Of a DNA stretch of 60,875 bases, positions 47,278 to 59,800 are shown one piece after another (positions within the stretch are counted from its first letter, which is position 1; each line of letters opens with the position of its first letter). The position numbers and the translations under genes are program-made. The stretch lies in assembly GCA_013289395.1 (NCBI GenBank), contig JABCZY010000001.1:1-60875 (forward strand), read 5' to 3'. The notes below the pieces were generated by a model. The model saw only the letters and a list, made by a program, of their open reading frames with translations, did no database searches and was not told the origin of the DNA. The DNA comes from Bacteroidota bacterium (GTDB lineage Bacteria; Bacteroidota; Bacteroidia; JABEUT01).

Positions 47278-50200
47278 TTATTTTTTTTGAATTCCGGTCC
47301 TGCTTTCCTGTATTGTCATTATGCCTCTTTCTGTTTCTTTTTTCACCCGTACCAGCTTACCTTCTTCATCATATTCATAAATGGTAGCATAATTCCTTTC
47401 GTCTAGTACTGCCATCAGTCTTAACGTATTGGGATCATATACATACGTTTTCAAAGTACCATTAAACGGAAATACTCTTATATCATCGAAGTTACATTCC
47501 CCACTTGCGCATGACAATTTAATATCGAAGGTGCTGGCAGTAATAGGCACAGTAAACTGCGTCTCTATTCGCTGCCATCCATCTATTATCCTTCCCTGCG
47601 GACTAAAAGCACCTAGTGTTGTGGTTCCGCTGGACGTAGTGAATACCAGATTAAGTTGAGGGTTCAGATATGTTGTATCTGTAGGAGGAGCATTATTGTC
47701 CTTAGCCCAGATACTAACTAGATAGGTCTTTCCAGGTATCAGGTTCAGACCGCCTAGGCACGTGTCACAACTGGTTGGGGTTTGCACACCAGGAACGATG
47801 ACTGTCACAGGTACGGTAACATCACTGCTGCAGTAATTATTCGCATCTGTTACTGTAACAGTATATGTCAGGGAAGAAACAGGACTGGCTATTACGGTTC
47901 CACCTGTACCGATGGTAATACCATCAGATGGATCCCAGTTAAAATTATATGGTGCTGTGCCATTGCTTCCTGTCGCAGTGAATATAACACTCTGACCGAG
48001 GTTCATACTTGCGGAAGAAGGTGTTACACTAACAGTTGGAACACTGTATGCATTAATAGTGGCAGTAGCTGTTGCACTGCAACCTTCTGCATCGGTCACA
48101 GTAACAGTGTATGTTCCTGAACTTAAGCCGGGTGCAGAGGAATTGGAGCCGCCACTTGGGGACCATGAGTAAGCAAATGGTGAAGTACCTCCACTTACAA
48201 TCGCTTTTGCACTGCCTGTAGCCGGTAAACATGCTGAAATCGATGTTACTGTAACTGTTAATGAAGGTGCGGCGGAAATAGTAACTGGCAGAGATGCAGT
48301 ACATCCGTTAGCATCCGTTACAAGGACGGTATATGAACCAATTCCTAAACCACTTGCGGTAGCATTGGTTCCACCACTTGGGGACCACAGATATGCATAT
48401 GGTGTAACCCCACCATTAACACTAACTGTCGGGCTTCCTGTCACACTGTTACCACAACCGGTTGTCGGACTTGAAGATATTCCGACTACCAGAGAATTAG
48501 GCTGAGTTACAGGTTCCATTGAACTTGTTCCTGTACAACCGGAAGCATCCGTAACCGTAACAGAATAACTTCCTGCACTAAGATTAGTGGCCGTTGAAGT
48601 TGTTTGACCATTGTTCCATAAATATGTATAAGGAGAAGTGCCGCTACTAACTGTTACGGGAATACTGCCATTACTTCCTCCATTGCAACTGACTTCAGTT
48701 ATGGTGCCTACATTAACTACCGGAGAAGATGGAGAAGCGCTTATCGTGAAAGAAGCGGTTCCGACACATCCGTTAACATCTGTTACAGACACAGAATAAC
48801 TGCCTGCTGAAAGATTGGTCGCTACTATATTTGTTTGAACCGGAGAAGTGCTCCATGCATAGGTATATGGCGCTACGCCACCACTTGCCCTTACTGTTGC
48901 GTCTCCCGTAGTGCTGCCACATACCGGTATGGTAGTTACTGATGGTGTTGGCAAAGCCGTAGGCTGAATAGTTACGGACGCAGTTGCGTTACAACCGTTG
49001 GCATCAGTTACTGTAGCTGTATATGTACCCGATGAAAGATTGGTTGCAGTCGCATTTGTCTGGATGGGCGAGGTATTCCAGGAATAGCCATATGGAGAGG
49101 TCCCTCCTGTGGCATTTACTTTTGCACTTCCACCGCCGCCGCCGCCACAGCCTGCATTTGTAATTGAACCTATAGTTGCGGATGGAAGAGGATTCAATGT
49201 TATTACTATCGTTTGGGTATTTATACAACCATTGGAATTTGTTCCGGTTGCTGTATATGTTGTAGTTACAGTTGGGCTAGCAGTTATGGTTGCGCCTGTT
49301 GTAGCACTCAGATTTGTATTAGGAGTCCAGGTGTAGGTACTTGCACCACTAGCAGTTAATGATGCTGAGCTTCCGAAACAAATTGAAGCTGATGAAGGTG
49401 TTATGGTAAGTGTTGGAAGGGGATCTACTGTTACAACAACCGTCTGAGTATTTACACATCCATTTGAATTTGTTCCGGTTGCTGTATATGTTGCAGTTAC
49501 AGTTGGGCTAGCAGTTATGGTTGCGCCTGTTGTAGCACTCAGATTTGTATTAGGTGTCCATGTATAGGTACTTGCACCGCTGGCAGTCAGTGATGCTGAA
49601 CTTCCGGAACAAATTGAAGCCGATGAAGGCGTTATCGTAAGCGTTGGGAGTGGATTTACTGTTACAACAATTGTTTGAGTATTTATACATCCATTTGAAT
49701 TTGTTCCGGTTGCTGTATATGTTGCAGTTACAGTTGGGCTAGCAGTTATAGTTGCGCCTGTTGTAGCACTCAGATTTGTATTAGGGCTCCAGGTATATGT
49801 GCTTGCGCCACTGGCAGTCAGTGATGCTGAACTTCCGGAACAAATTGAAGCCGATGAAGGCGTTATCGTAAGCGTTGGGAGTGGATTTACTGTTACAACA
49901 ATTGTTTGAGTATTTATACATCCATTTGAATTTGTTCCGGTTGCTGTATATGTTGTAGTTACAGTTGGGCTAGCAGTTATGGTTGCGCCTGTTGTTGCAC
50001 TGAGGTTTGTATTAGGGGTCCAGGTATAGGTACTTGCACCACTAGCAGTTAATGATGCTGAACTTCCCGAACAAATTGAAGCCGATGAAGGCGTTATCGT
50101 AAGCGTTGGGAGTGGATTTACCGTCACAACGACTGTCTTAGTATTTATACATCCATTTGAATTTGTTCCCGTTACAGTATAGGTTATTGTAACAGTAGGA

Positions 50201-53200
50201 CTGGCTGTAACAGCTGTGCCTGTTGTAGCGCTCAGATTTGTATTAGGGCTCCAGGTATATGTGCTTGCACCGCTGACAGTCAGTGATGTGGAATTTCCGA
50301 TGCATATTGTTGCTGAAGAAGGTGTGACAGTTATTGTAGGCAAAGGATTAACATTAACAACTACCATTTGCGTGCCTGCACAACCCGATGTTGTTCCTGT
50401 AATTGTATACGTACTTGTTGAGGTTGGATTAGCTGTTACCGGAGTACCTGTTGATGCACTTAAATTTGTATTAGGTGCCCATGTATAAGTACTTGCTCCA
50501 CTAGCTGCTAAAGAGACAGAACTTCCTATGCAAATTGCAGGTGTAGATGGAGAGATAGAAACAGTTGGTGTTGCATTTGTTCCTATCGTTACAGTAGCTG
50601 TAGCAACACAACTGTTATAATCAGTTACAGTTACAGTATAATTTCCGGCCGCTAAACCGGTTATAGAAGCAGTTGTCTTCACTGGGCTGGTATTCCATGA
50701 ATATGTATATGGTGAAGTTCCACCACTGGCTGTTACGGTTGCGCTTCCATTACTGCTTCCACTGCAGGTATTCGTATAAGAAACAGATGCACTCAAAGCG
50801 GCTGGTTGGGTAATAGTCACTGTTGCGGTGGCTGTACATCCATCACTATTATTTGTTGAGGTTACAGAATAGGTACCTGCTGCGAGACTATTTATAGTGG
50901 CTGTTGTATTACCTCCGGGAGACCATACATAATCATTGGATGGCGATGCAGATGCCGTAGCACTTCCGTTAGTTCCTCCATTACATAATACATTGGTATG
51001 TGTAGTTATAGTAACCGTTTCAGCCGGAATATCCTGAATGGTTGTGTTCGTTCCTACCGGACCGCAATTGTTTGCATCATTTACCGATACGGTATAGCTA
51101 CCCGGTGCAAGACCGGTAATACTATCCGCGGTACCTATATTTGGGGTCCATGTATATGTATAGGGCGGAGTACCTCCGGTTATATCAGCCGAAAGAATTC
51201 CGTAATTACCGGTACCACATATGTTATAAGCATCCAGGAAACCACCTAGCACAGCGGGTTGTGTAATTGTTACTGTAGTTGTTCCAGTACATCCATGATT
51301 ATCAGTTGCAGTTACCGTATATGTTCCTGCCTTAAGACTTGCTGTTGCATTTGTTCCTCGCCCTGATGACCAGGAATAAGTATATGGTGATGTTCCTCCT
51401 GATGCGCTAGCCGTAGCGCTGCCATACTCATTGTTACATGGGGCGTTGGAAGAAGAACTTATTGTGACAATTACAGCAGATGGCTGAGTTATAGTTACCG
51501 TTGCTGTTGCGGTACACCCCCCAGGGCTTGTAGCGGTAACGGTATATGTTCCGGCAGAAAGACTACTTGCAGTTGCATTCGTTGCTCCACCAGGGGACCA
51601 ACTATATGTAGAACCGGAAACAGCAGATGCCGTGGCACTACCATTTGCGCCTCCATTGCAAGACACATTTGTATGAGAGCTTATGCTTACTGTCTCTGTT
51701 GCCACTACCACAGTCGCTGTTCCTTCCAGCGGACCACAATTATTCGCGTCATTCACAAGTACAGTATAGGAGCCGGCACTTAAATTAGTAGCAGTTGCCG
51801 TAGTGCTCACATTGGGTGTCCAGGCATATGTATATGGCGGAGTACCTCCGGTTACATCATATACAGTGATCGACCCATTAACCGATCCGCAAATATTTGT
51901 TTGTTCTATGTATCCTCCAAAAACATCGGGCTGGGTTATAGTTACTGTGGCTGTGGCGGTACAGCTATTATGGTCAGTAACAGTAACCGTGTAGTTTCCT
52001 GCCAGAAGACTTGCAGTAGAATTTGCACCTCCACTCGGAGACCAGGAATAGGTATATGGAGATGTTCCACCTAATGCAGTTACGGTTGCACTTCCATGCT
52101 CACCATTACAAGGAGCATTACTACTACTTGAAATACTTGCAGACAAAGCCGTACCCGATTGTGTAATACTAACTGTTGTTGTAGCAACACAACCTTTCGC
52201 ATCCGTTACAGTGCAGGTATAGGTTCCTGCAGCCATGGTGCTTGCACTGGCAGTAGTTGCACCTGTAACTCCTGAAGAAGGAGACCAGGAATAAGCATAT
52301 GAAGTAGATCCACCACTACCTGCCGCAGTTGCAGTACCTGTACTTTGGCCATAACAAAGAACATTGGTATGTGAACTGATACTTGCAGATAAAGCAGATG
52401 GCTGGGTAATAGTTACCGTAACTGTTCCAGTACAATTATTCGCATCTTTTACAGTGCAGGTATAGGTACCTGCAGCAAGATTACTTGCTGTAGCCGCATT
52501 ACCGCCGCTCGGTGACCAAGAGTAGGTATACGGTGATGTGCCACCACTACCTGCTATGGTAGCTGAGCCATTAGAACCACCATTACAAGAAACATTTGTC
52601 TGTGAGCTTATACTTCCTGAAACTGCTGTTGGCGCAGTAATAGTTACCGTTGCTGTTGCTGTACAGCTTTTGGCATCGGTTACAGTGCATGTGTATGTAC
52701 CTGCTGCCATGGTGCTTGCAGAAGCTGTCGTTGCGCCGGTTACACCGCTTGAAGGTGTCCAAGCATATGTGTATGGTGAGGTACCGCCACTGCCTGCTCC
52801 TGTGGCAGAACCGTTGGTACTTGTACTGCATGGGCTTGCATTAGCATGAGAACTTATACTTGCCGACAGAGCTGAACTTGGCTGAGTAATAGTTACTGTT
52901 GCCGTGTTACTGCATCCTCCTGGGACTGTTACAGTAGCTGTATATGTACCAGCAGGTAAAGCTGAATAGGTGGCTGTTGTCCCTCCTGTATGTCCGGTTG
53001 GTGCCCAACTATATGTAGGTGATGATCCGTTTGTACTTACTGTAGCACTACCTGTACTATTTCCGTAACAATTTACATTGGTTGAACTTGTTATAGTTGC
53101 ACTGGGAGTTGTACATGGTGGAGTCGCATATATTTCTATTTGATCCAGTGCGACAGGATAATATTCGTAATCAGAAACAACAAAGAATACTAGTCTTGTG

Positions 53201-53808
53201 GTTGTCGAAGGTAGCGACATCGTTGCTTCATGCCAACCCACACTACCTGCAGCTTCCCCAAAGTTTGTACCGCTTGACCAGGTACTTCCATTCCAGTATT
53301 GCACCTGTATATAGGAACTGTAAGGCCCTGTCGGATTACCATTATTCCAGTAAAATGTCAAGGTCGCGTTAGTATAACCTGTTAAACTGAAATAAGGGGT
53401 ATAAATGCCACCATACGAACCACTTGCTACATCATAGTCATCAAAAATTGCAAAATAATTAGTATTGGAACTACCATACCCAATATTGGTACCTGTACCT
53501 GAAAAAACAGGTGCTCCCCCTGTAAGACCATATGCATTACCAGTTTCATCCTCACATGTTGACCAACCTGAACAGGAATTATTACCTTCAATTACACGAC
53601 TGCCACTGGTGTATTGTTCAGCCCAAGCGTTTCCACCATTCTGAATCTGGGTAGCAGTGGTCCATGTTCCATTATCATGTGAGCCTGATGTGGAATCAAA
53701 ACCCTGTTGAAGTATTACCACCTGAGACAATAATCGTGAGTTACAGGACACCAAGATCACTGCCGTCAACAATAGATATAAAAGAGATATTTTAGAAAAA
53801 ACTTTCAT
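47278..53808 (-). CDS. Giant (2176 aa) SprB-repeat surface lipoprotein with an Ig-like repeat array and a C-terminal jelly-roll-like domain plus YD repeats
   Basis: Lipoprotein-type signal (AVILVSC). Many SprB-type repeats (..NV.C.GG.NGSAT....GGTSPYTYSW.P.......L.AGTYT.TVTD.N.C..T.TVTITQP). Six 77-aa Ig-like units. It ends YVYDPNTLRLMAVLDERNYATIYEYDEEGKLVRVKKETERG. No T9SS CTD. Confidence 0.9.
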   Translation of the reverse strand: MKVFSKISLLYLLLTAVILVSCNSRLLSQVVILQQGFDSTSGSHDNGTWTTATQIQNGGNAWAEQYTSGSRVIEGNNSCSGWSTCEDETGNAYGLTGGAPVFSGTGTNIGYGSSNTNYFAIFDDYDVASGSYGGIYTPYFSLTGYTNATLTFYWNNGNPTGPYSSYIQVQYWNGSTWSSGTNFGEAAGSVGWHEATMSLPSTTTRLVFFVVSDYEYYPVALDQIEIYATPPCTTPSATITSSTNVNCYGNSTGSATVSTNGSSPTYSWAPTGHTGGTTATYSALPAGTYTATVTVPGGCSNTATVTITQPSSALSASISSHANASPCSTSTNGSATGAGSGGTSPYTYAWTPSSGVTGATTASASTMAAGTYTCTVTDAKSCTATATVTITAPTAVSGSISSQTNVSCNGGSNGSATIAGSGGTSPYTYSWSPSGGNAATASNLAAGTYTCTVKDANNCTGTVTVTITQPSALSASISSHTNVLCYGQSTGTATAAGSGGSTSYAYSWSPSSGVTGATTASASTMAAGTYTCTVTDAKGCVATTTVSITQSGTALSASISSSSNAPCNGEHGSATVTALGGTSPYTYSWSPSGGANSTASLLAGNYTVTVTDHNSCTATATVTITQPDVFGGYIEQTNICGSVNGSITVYDVTGGTPPYTYAWTPNVSTTATATNLSAGSYTVLVNDANNCGPLEGTATVVVATETVSISSHTNVSCNGGANGSATASAVSGSTYSWSPGGATNATASSLSAGTYTVTATSPGGCTATATVTITQPSAVIVTISSSSNAPCNNEYGSATASASGGTSPYTYSWSSGRGTNATASLKAGTYTVTATDNHGCTGTTTVTITQPAVLGGFLDAYNICGTGNYGILSADITGGTPPYTYTWTPNIGTADSITGLAPGSYTVSVNDANNCGPVGTNTTIQDIPAETVTITTHTNVLCNGGTNGSATASASPSNDYVWSPGGNTTATINSLAAGTYSVTSTNNSDGCTATATVTITQPAALSASVSYTNTCSGSSNGSATVTASGGTSPYTYSWNTSPVKTTASITGLAAGNYTVTVTDYNSCVATATVTIGTNATPTVSISPSTPAICIGSSVSLAASGASTYTWAPNTNLSASTGTPVTANPTSTSTYTITGTTSGCAGTQMVVVNVNPLPTITVTPSSATICIGNSTSLTVSGASTYTWSPNTNLSATTGTAVTASPTVTITYTVTGTNSNGCINTKTVVVTVNPLPTLTITPSSASICSGSSASLTASGASTYTWTPNTNLSATTGATITASPTVTTTYTATGTNSNGCINTQTIVVTVNPLPTLTITPSSASICSGSSASLTASGASTYTWSPNTNLSATTGATITASPTVTATYTATGTNSNGCINTQTIVVTVNPLPTLTITPSSASICSGSSASLTASGASTYTWTPNTNLSATTGATITASPTVTATYTATGTNSNGCVNTQTVVVTVDPLPTLTITPSSASICFGSSASLTASGASTYTWTPNTNLSATTGATITASPTVTTTYTATGTNSNGCINTQTIVITLNPLPSATIGSITNAGCGGGGGGSAKVNATGGTSPYGYSWNTSPIQTNATATNLSSGTYTATVTDANGCNATASVTIQPTALPTPSVTTIPVCGSTTGDATVRASGGVAPYTYAWSTSPVQTNIVATNLSAGSYSVSVTDVNGCVGTASFTISASPSSPVVNVGTITEVSCNGGSNGSIPVTVSSGTSPYTYLWNNGQTTSTATNLSAGSYSVTVTDASGCTGTSSMEPVTQPNSLVVGISSSPTTGCGNSVTGSPTVSVNGGVTPYAYLWSPSGGTNATASGLGIGSYTVLVTDANGCTASLPVTISAAPSLTVTVTSISACLPATGSAKAIVSGGTSPFAYSWSPSGGSNSSAPGLSSGTYTVTVTDAEGCSATATATINAYSVPTVSVTPSSASMNLGQSVIFTATGSNGTAPYNFNWDPSDGITIGTGGTVIASPVSSLTYTVTVTDANNYCSSDVTVPVTVIVPGVQTPTSCDTCLGGLNLIPGKTYLVSIWAKDNNAPPTDTTYLNPQLNLVFTTSSGTTTLGAFSPQGRIIDGWQRIETQFTVPITASTFDIKLSCASGECNFDDIRVFPFNGTLKTYVYDPNTLRLMAVLDERNYATIYEYDEEGKLVRVKKETERGIMTIQESRTGIQKK
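49195..50575 (-). repeat. Six in-frame 231-nt (77-aa) tandem units, four of them near-identical at DNA level
   Basis: The anchor gttccggtt (gttcccgtt and gttcctgt in the two right-hand units) recurs at 49241, 49472, 49703, 49934, 50165 and 50393. A 145-nt stretch (49580-49724) recurs exactly at 49811-49955. Unit: NPLPTLTITPSSASICSGSSASLTASGASTYTW.PNTNLSATTGATITASPTVT.TYTATGTNSNGCINTQTIVVTV. The upper boundary is approximate. Confidence 0.9.
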
Positions 53809-53875
53809 CTATTTCATTTGTTAACTATATCGTATAATCTCATTTTTTTATTATCAACTACTACCATTATTCTTT

Positions 53876-56800
53876 CTAATTACAAACCGGAATCGAAGCA
53901 CTAACTGTACCTCCATCAAATATTATTGTAGCCTGCCCTACACAACCATTCTCATCCGAAGCGTACACCTCAAAACTTCCATTGTAACTCGGGCTATATG
54001 TCGCAGTGTAACTTGAGCCATTATTTGTGAAGGTCACAGCGGAAGCCAAGCCTGAAGTCCTAATACCAGTAAATGAATATGTAGCAGCACCTCCGACAGG
54101 GCTAACCGTTATTGCGGTAGATCCGTCGCTTTGAGGTGTTACAGAATAACATAACTGAAGGCTGCAGCAAGATTGTATAGTTTGATTTGTAGTAGTTAAA
54201 TTCGATCGGCTCACACCCGTAATTTCCGTTGAATAACTACATGATGAATTATTAGCATCAGTTACGGTGATAGTAAGTGGAAGATTTCTAAATAAGGTCG
54301 AATAGTCTATTACAAACTCACCATTACTTGTTAAAGTAGAAGATTGTACACTTGAAGGAATGGTAAAAGTATAATTACCACTTCCACCTGAAGCTGCCAG
54401 AACAAAAACCTGATTTTGTTGTGGCCCGGCATTATAACAAAGTGAAAGGTTACATGGTGGTGGACATTGAGGAATGCCTGAAAAACTAGTAGAGTTTCCA
54501 GTAACAGTAGCCTGAGCAGTACATCCTTTGCTATCAGTTACACTAATGGTGAAAGTATAACTTCCACTGTAATTTGTTTTAATGGCCGGGTAGCCATCGG
54601 AATTAAAATACAGGTTTGCTCCTGTCCATTTATATGTATATGGTGCCGTACCTCCTTCAGGAACTATTTCAAGCACAGACAAGTCAACATTACCTGTTTT
54701 CATTCCGCATAAGGTAAGATTACATGGATTTACAGGGGTACATGTAGTAATCTGCCCACCGATGGTTACAGGTGTGCCGCTGGTTACCAGAAGGCTATGC
54801 CTGCCTGTATGCGCTTGTGTAGGATCAAGAACTATTCCTGTCCGGTTCACATCCATATGATTGTCTGCACAACCGTCAAAACCATAATCTTCAAATCCAT
54901 CAAAACCCATTTCCTGATATTTTGAATTCGCTGCTACCGCAGTGGGTAAGGTTTGATTGTAACCAAACGTGGCCGAAGAATAACGTCCTAAAGCGTCTAC
55001 ACTTTCTATCTCCTGACCATATGGGTTAAAATTCGTAACCGAACTGGTATAGGTCCAATTATTAGGGGTCATTTGCCAGCTTCCACCACTCTCCGAATAG
55101 AATGGGTTATAGGAATTGAATGTTCCGTCGCTCCTTATATTGGTATTATTATCAAAATTGCTTTGATCCCTCGTAGTAAGATAAAGCAAGGAGGTTTTCA
55201 ATCTATAATTCCCTCTTATTCCAAGCACATATGGGTTATCGGTATTATCACCAGACTGGGTAAAGCAATTGCAATATGTACTCCAACTATCCGTATATTC
55301 TCTTGCACTTGCCTGGGTTATCTTCTGGTATGAATTGCTCTGCAAACTATTTATCGGGTTAACAAGAGATGTGATATTCGCCATATCCATGTCCTGCATA
55401 TTCCTTCTACCGGAACGTATCACTTCAAGGTTTGTAAAAGGACCGGTTACTTTAATCCCGCTCTTGTACTCCGCCGTAATATTATTACCATTGACAGCGG
55501 TAACCCATGCGACGATACCAGTCGTTGAGCCAGTAAGTGCAAGCTCATCACCTGGGTAGAACATACTCGATGCATTGGGAATCATTGCAATACCATTTGT
55601 GAATGTTGTAGTAGAATTACTTATACTCACACCTATGTTAGAATATGCGGCACCCATACCACTATAATACCAATATGCAGGATAAGCCATATTGAATATC
55701 GAATCATTAAAATCATTAGTGGTTTTAGTCAATAGTACATTACCGGTTTGCGCATCGTAGGCAAGGTTTTGGGTTTTAACAGTAGAGCCAAGATCTGTTA
55801 CAATTGTACTATCAAGAATGCCGTAACGTTGTATAACCTTGGTATTGACACATGACCTAAATCTTATATACTCGCTTGTATTGGAAGGCAATACCATTGG
55901 GATCGGAATCGGGGGCCCAGCTATATTTATAACATCTAAGTTGATCATTGTCGCAGCAGAAGTATTATCAGTTTCCTCTGAGCGGAAATCATTAACATCA
56001 TCAAAGAACACTCCTATGTTATTCTTCCCCAGGCTACCATCAGGATTAACTACCGTTACATTATTACTCAGTTCAAAACTATTATTGCCTAAGTAAGGTG
56101 TACACTGATAAAAATACTGTACTGAACTTATAGGCGTGGTTTGGCCTTCCTGGTAAACCTCCTGTTTCTTAGGTTTGCCGTTCATATCATTAAGCTCTAT
56201 AGAGTACCCTTGACTTGCTGTCATATAACTCATGGAAGTTACATTAAACAATGAAGAAAGACTTGCAGGGTCTGTGGTTTCAGGTATAGGTTGAAGATCG
56301 GTTTGCTTTGTTATGGTTGGGAAATCTTTTGTTGTATAAAATTCATGTACTACAGAACCTGTGGCATTTCTATGTACATTGGCACGCTGAAGGTTCTTTA
56401 CAGTTACCATACTGTATCCTACTGAAGGAGAAGGGAAGAAAGATTCTCCAAATGGTGTTTCCATATAATATTGGTCATCCGGCACCTGGAGCGCGCTTGA
56501 ACTATAAAAAACCGGGGTATGCAAAGCGTTTTCATCTCCTCCTATCTGTGGTTCATAGCTTGCCACACCAGAAGATGTTACGCCATCCGGCAAGGTATAG
56601 GAATATTGCTGTCCGTAATCAAATGAAGGCTCAACCGATGTCATGGCCTTCCATTGATCATTCATCATGATATCTTTCACCCGTGCACCTCCGCCAAGTT
56701 TTCCGGTGCCGGGACTATTCAGTTTTATCCATGATTTATCTATAACAAAATTATTGCAGAAACCCTGATCATATAAAGAGCCATTCAGGCCCTTATTCAC

Positions 56801-59800
56801 CTGCGTTATTTGGAACACTGCACTTGCTAATGCCCCCAGCACATCCAGCAATTTTGCTTTATCAGTGATCTGTGGTTCATGCCACATAACCCTTGGGGTA
56901 TATAAACGTCCGAATTGCAATGCTGTTTTTATTATTGGTGAAACAAACCCACTGCCATTCCCATCTAGTTGTACTCCGCTAAGCTGAACATAACCATGCG
57001 CACCATCCGAGCAAACTCCCACACTACTCGGTGGAGCATATCCACTTACATATTCATAATATGGAGGAGAGACACTGATCTGCATTAGAAAACGGAAATA
57101 GATATATGGTAGCCCATTAAAATATTTTGCCGGATCTGTTATGTAGTGATTATTGGCGTCCTTTTGAAGTTCAAAAAACAAGTAATAGTTTTGATCAGAC
57201 TGAGATGAACCGGAACCGGATGTTAAAGGGAATGCCTGATATTGTGAGCCAATAGCAACAGAGTTACTAGTTCCTGCTCCGACAACCTTGAACATTTGTG
57301 TTGTCGGTGTATTCTGAACATAGGAATATTGATTGGATTCAAAATCCACATGGATGGAGCCTCCTGAAGGTAATGTGATATCTGTCAGTGTCCATGCGGC
57401 CACATATTGGTCCTCATTCGTTTTATTTTGTTCCACATAAGGATATTCTGCCGGACATAATGCTGTACCAAGAGCCGCTCCTTCACCTGGGTTAGGCTTG
57501 TATGTACCCCAACGGTTATATGCCTTTATATCATAAGGGAAATTATACTGTGGAAAATTATTATAGCAATATGTAAATTTATATGGGCTTAATGCGCCCT
57601 TGAAAGAATTCTGATACGTAAAATATACTTGCTTGAGTGTAAGCTTACCGGTATTTATACCTGTATTATTAATTGCATTGATATTATTGGGAATATTCGG
57701 ACACAGTTCATAATCATATACAAAATGCACTACTTCTATAGGAACAAGTGCCACACTGGAATTCGCCAGATGTGCATTATAGTTGGGTTTGGTATATAAA
57801 CTTATCGAATTCAACACCCGCTGGCTGTGGCTGGTATCCGGATCGATACTTCCATTTCCATCTGTGACCCCTAAGCCGTCCAACCTTGCCTGGGTATTGA
57901 ATACGGCTATATAATTCTTAGTTTCAATCGAGTTCAGGTACCATAATTCTTTCTGACCATATATGTAATTCCCTTTATCATCCGTGGAATCTGATTTTAA
58001 TCCTTCTTCATACGATGCTTTATTCGCTCCCATTGGCACTCTCCAGTTATAATAAGTAGGCCTCTTCTGATAATTGAATTTCGTCCATGTTCCCAGATCG
58101 CCATCACTCGGCCCGCGTATTCCATCAGCGTCAACATAGTCAGCAGAGAGAACAGCCGTCAGTAAATAGCTATGGGCATAGGGAGGTGTCTTGATATCGC
58201 TGTAATAATTATCTATCCCCTTGGGGTTATTTATAGAATTATCGCCAGATAAATAATTCACTAATCCACCGTTGGGGTCCACATGGTCTCCGACATCAGC
58301 ATTCGCATCAATTCCTGTTGCAAATGTGACTTCTTCCTTTTTGATATTGTACGCGGCGATGCCATACACATATCTCTTACCTCCGGTACCTAATGATGTT
58401 ACTTGCCCGATATGATATCCCTTTCCATTGTACAAATTCATTCCTGTGGTATCTTGTAAGCCGAAATTGTGCAATTGATCCCTGGTCAGCATTGATATAC
58501 TTTCATTCCTGATATCGCGATTCAGCCTGTAGTTTTTACCCGATACCTGGAGGCCTGATTCATATGTATTTGTAGCTACTGTATTGAACTGTGATATCTG
58601 GTTAAGCTCCAGGCGCTGTGGATCAAACCCTCCTACTTTCGAAAAAAATGCAGGATCAGAATCAACAGATTTTTCATTAGCCTCCTTAAAATAAACGGGC
58701 TCATAAAGTGGGTTTCCTCCGCCAGTTGAGTTGAAGGACAGATCACCATACGCCGTATTTCCTGCAGACCAATCCCCGCTATAACTTATAACATCCGCAT
58801 TTGACCAATCCACTCCAGCATGAATGATATCTCCTACTGATACCTCCATACCTACTGATTGGGCATTGCTCGTATTTACATTATATGGATCAAATACATG
58901 CCCGATGTCACTGCGGAAAGGCCTATAGCTTCCACTCATACCTTGCCCTGAGACAGAATAAATATCATATGTAAAGTTTGTCAATGGAAGGTCTGGCGTA
59001 TTCTGATTAAATACTCCATCCTTTTCACGGTTAAAATCCATCATTGCACTTGAATTACCCACTCCCGCATCTGCGTGCATGTACCCAAAAGCAGGATTGT
59101 AAATGCTGTTCGTTGCTAAGTATTGAGAAGATTGATATGCTTCAAAATTCACAGTTTCACTGTAACCACTGATCTCGTATCCACCCTTTACACTACCCGT
59201 CACTGAAGAATTTACGAGAGGTAGTGATATTTGCGGTGTGAAAGTTGGCATCATTTTATTAAAGGTTGCTGTTGGTGCAAACTCCGTTTCTGAATGACTT
59301 ATATTTGAACCATCACTGTGTAATGAATAACCAATACTGGCCCCTATTGTCATATTTTCAAGCCCTTGTCTTGAATTAAAAGTCTGGCCGATATGAATAC
59401 CCAGGTTTGTAGAAGCATTATCACCGCTTTTAATTCCAACACTAAGACCTGCATACGGAGTGATATTGACTCCTTCATCACTGCTTGAACTGAGGCCATA
59501 GCCAACCGTTAATTGTCCGCACGAAGGCTTACCAACACTCAGGCTCGGGCAAATTCCAACTTCTGCACCTATTCCCGTATAATTATTGTATTTTACTCCC
59601 AGCGAATATGTAATTCCTGCATTCAGTATTTCAAGACCGAAAAGTTCACCACCTTCGGTAAGACCAGTATTTAAACCATACGTGTCATTCTCCTTCATAT
59701 TAAAATCACGCTCTATGGTATCCCCGTTGAAATCATCTGGAATGCCACGTACTGTCCGTGTTATAGCACCTGCGTTTATGTTCCAGCCTAGTCCAACCCA

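Noticed and set aside
47278-53808. The 2176-aa protein as the missing TcA-like injection subunit of a Tc toxin
   Set aside because: Its sequence is dominated by SprB-type and Ig-like beta-sandwich repeats. I saw nothing resembling the long alpha-helical shell or pore-forming channel region of TcA, so it is called an SprB-repeat surface protein instead.
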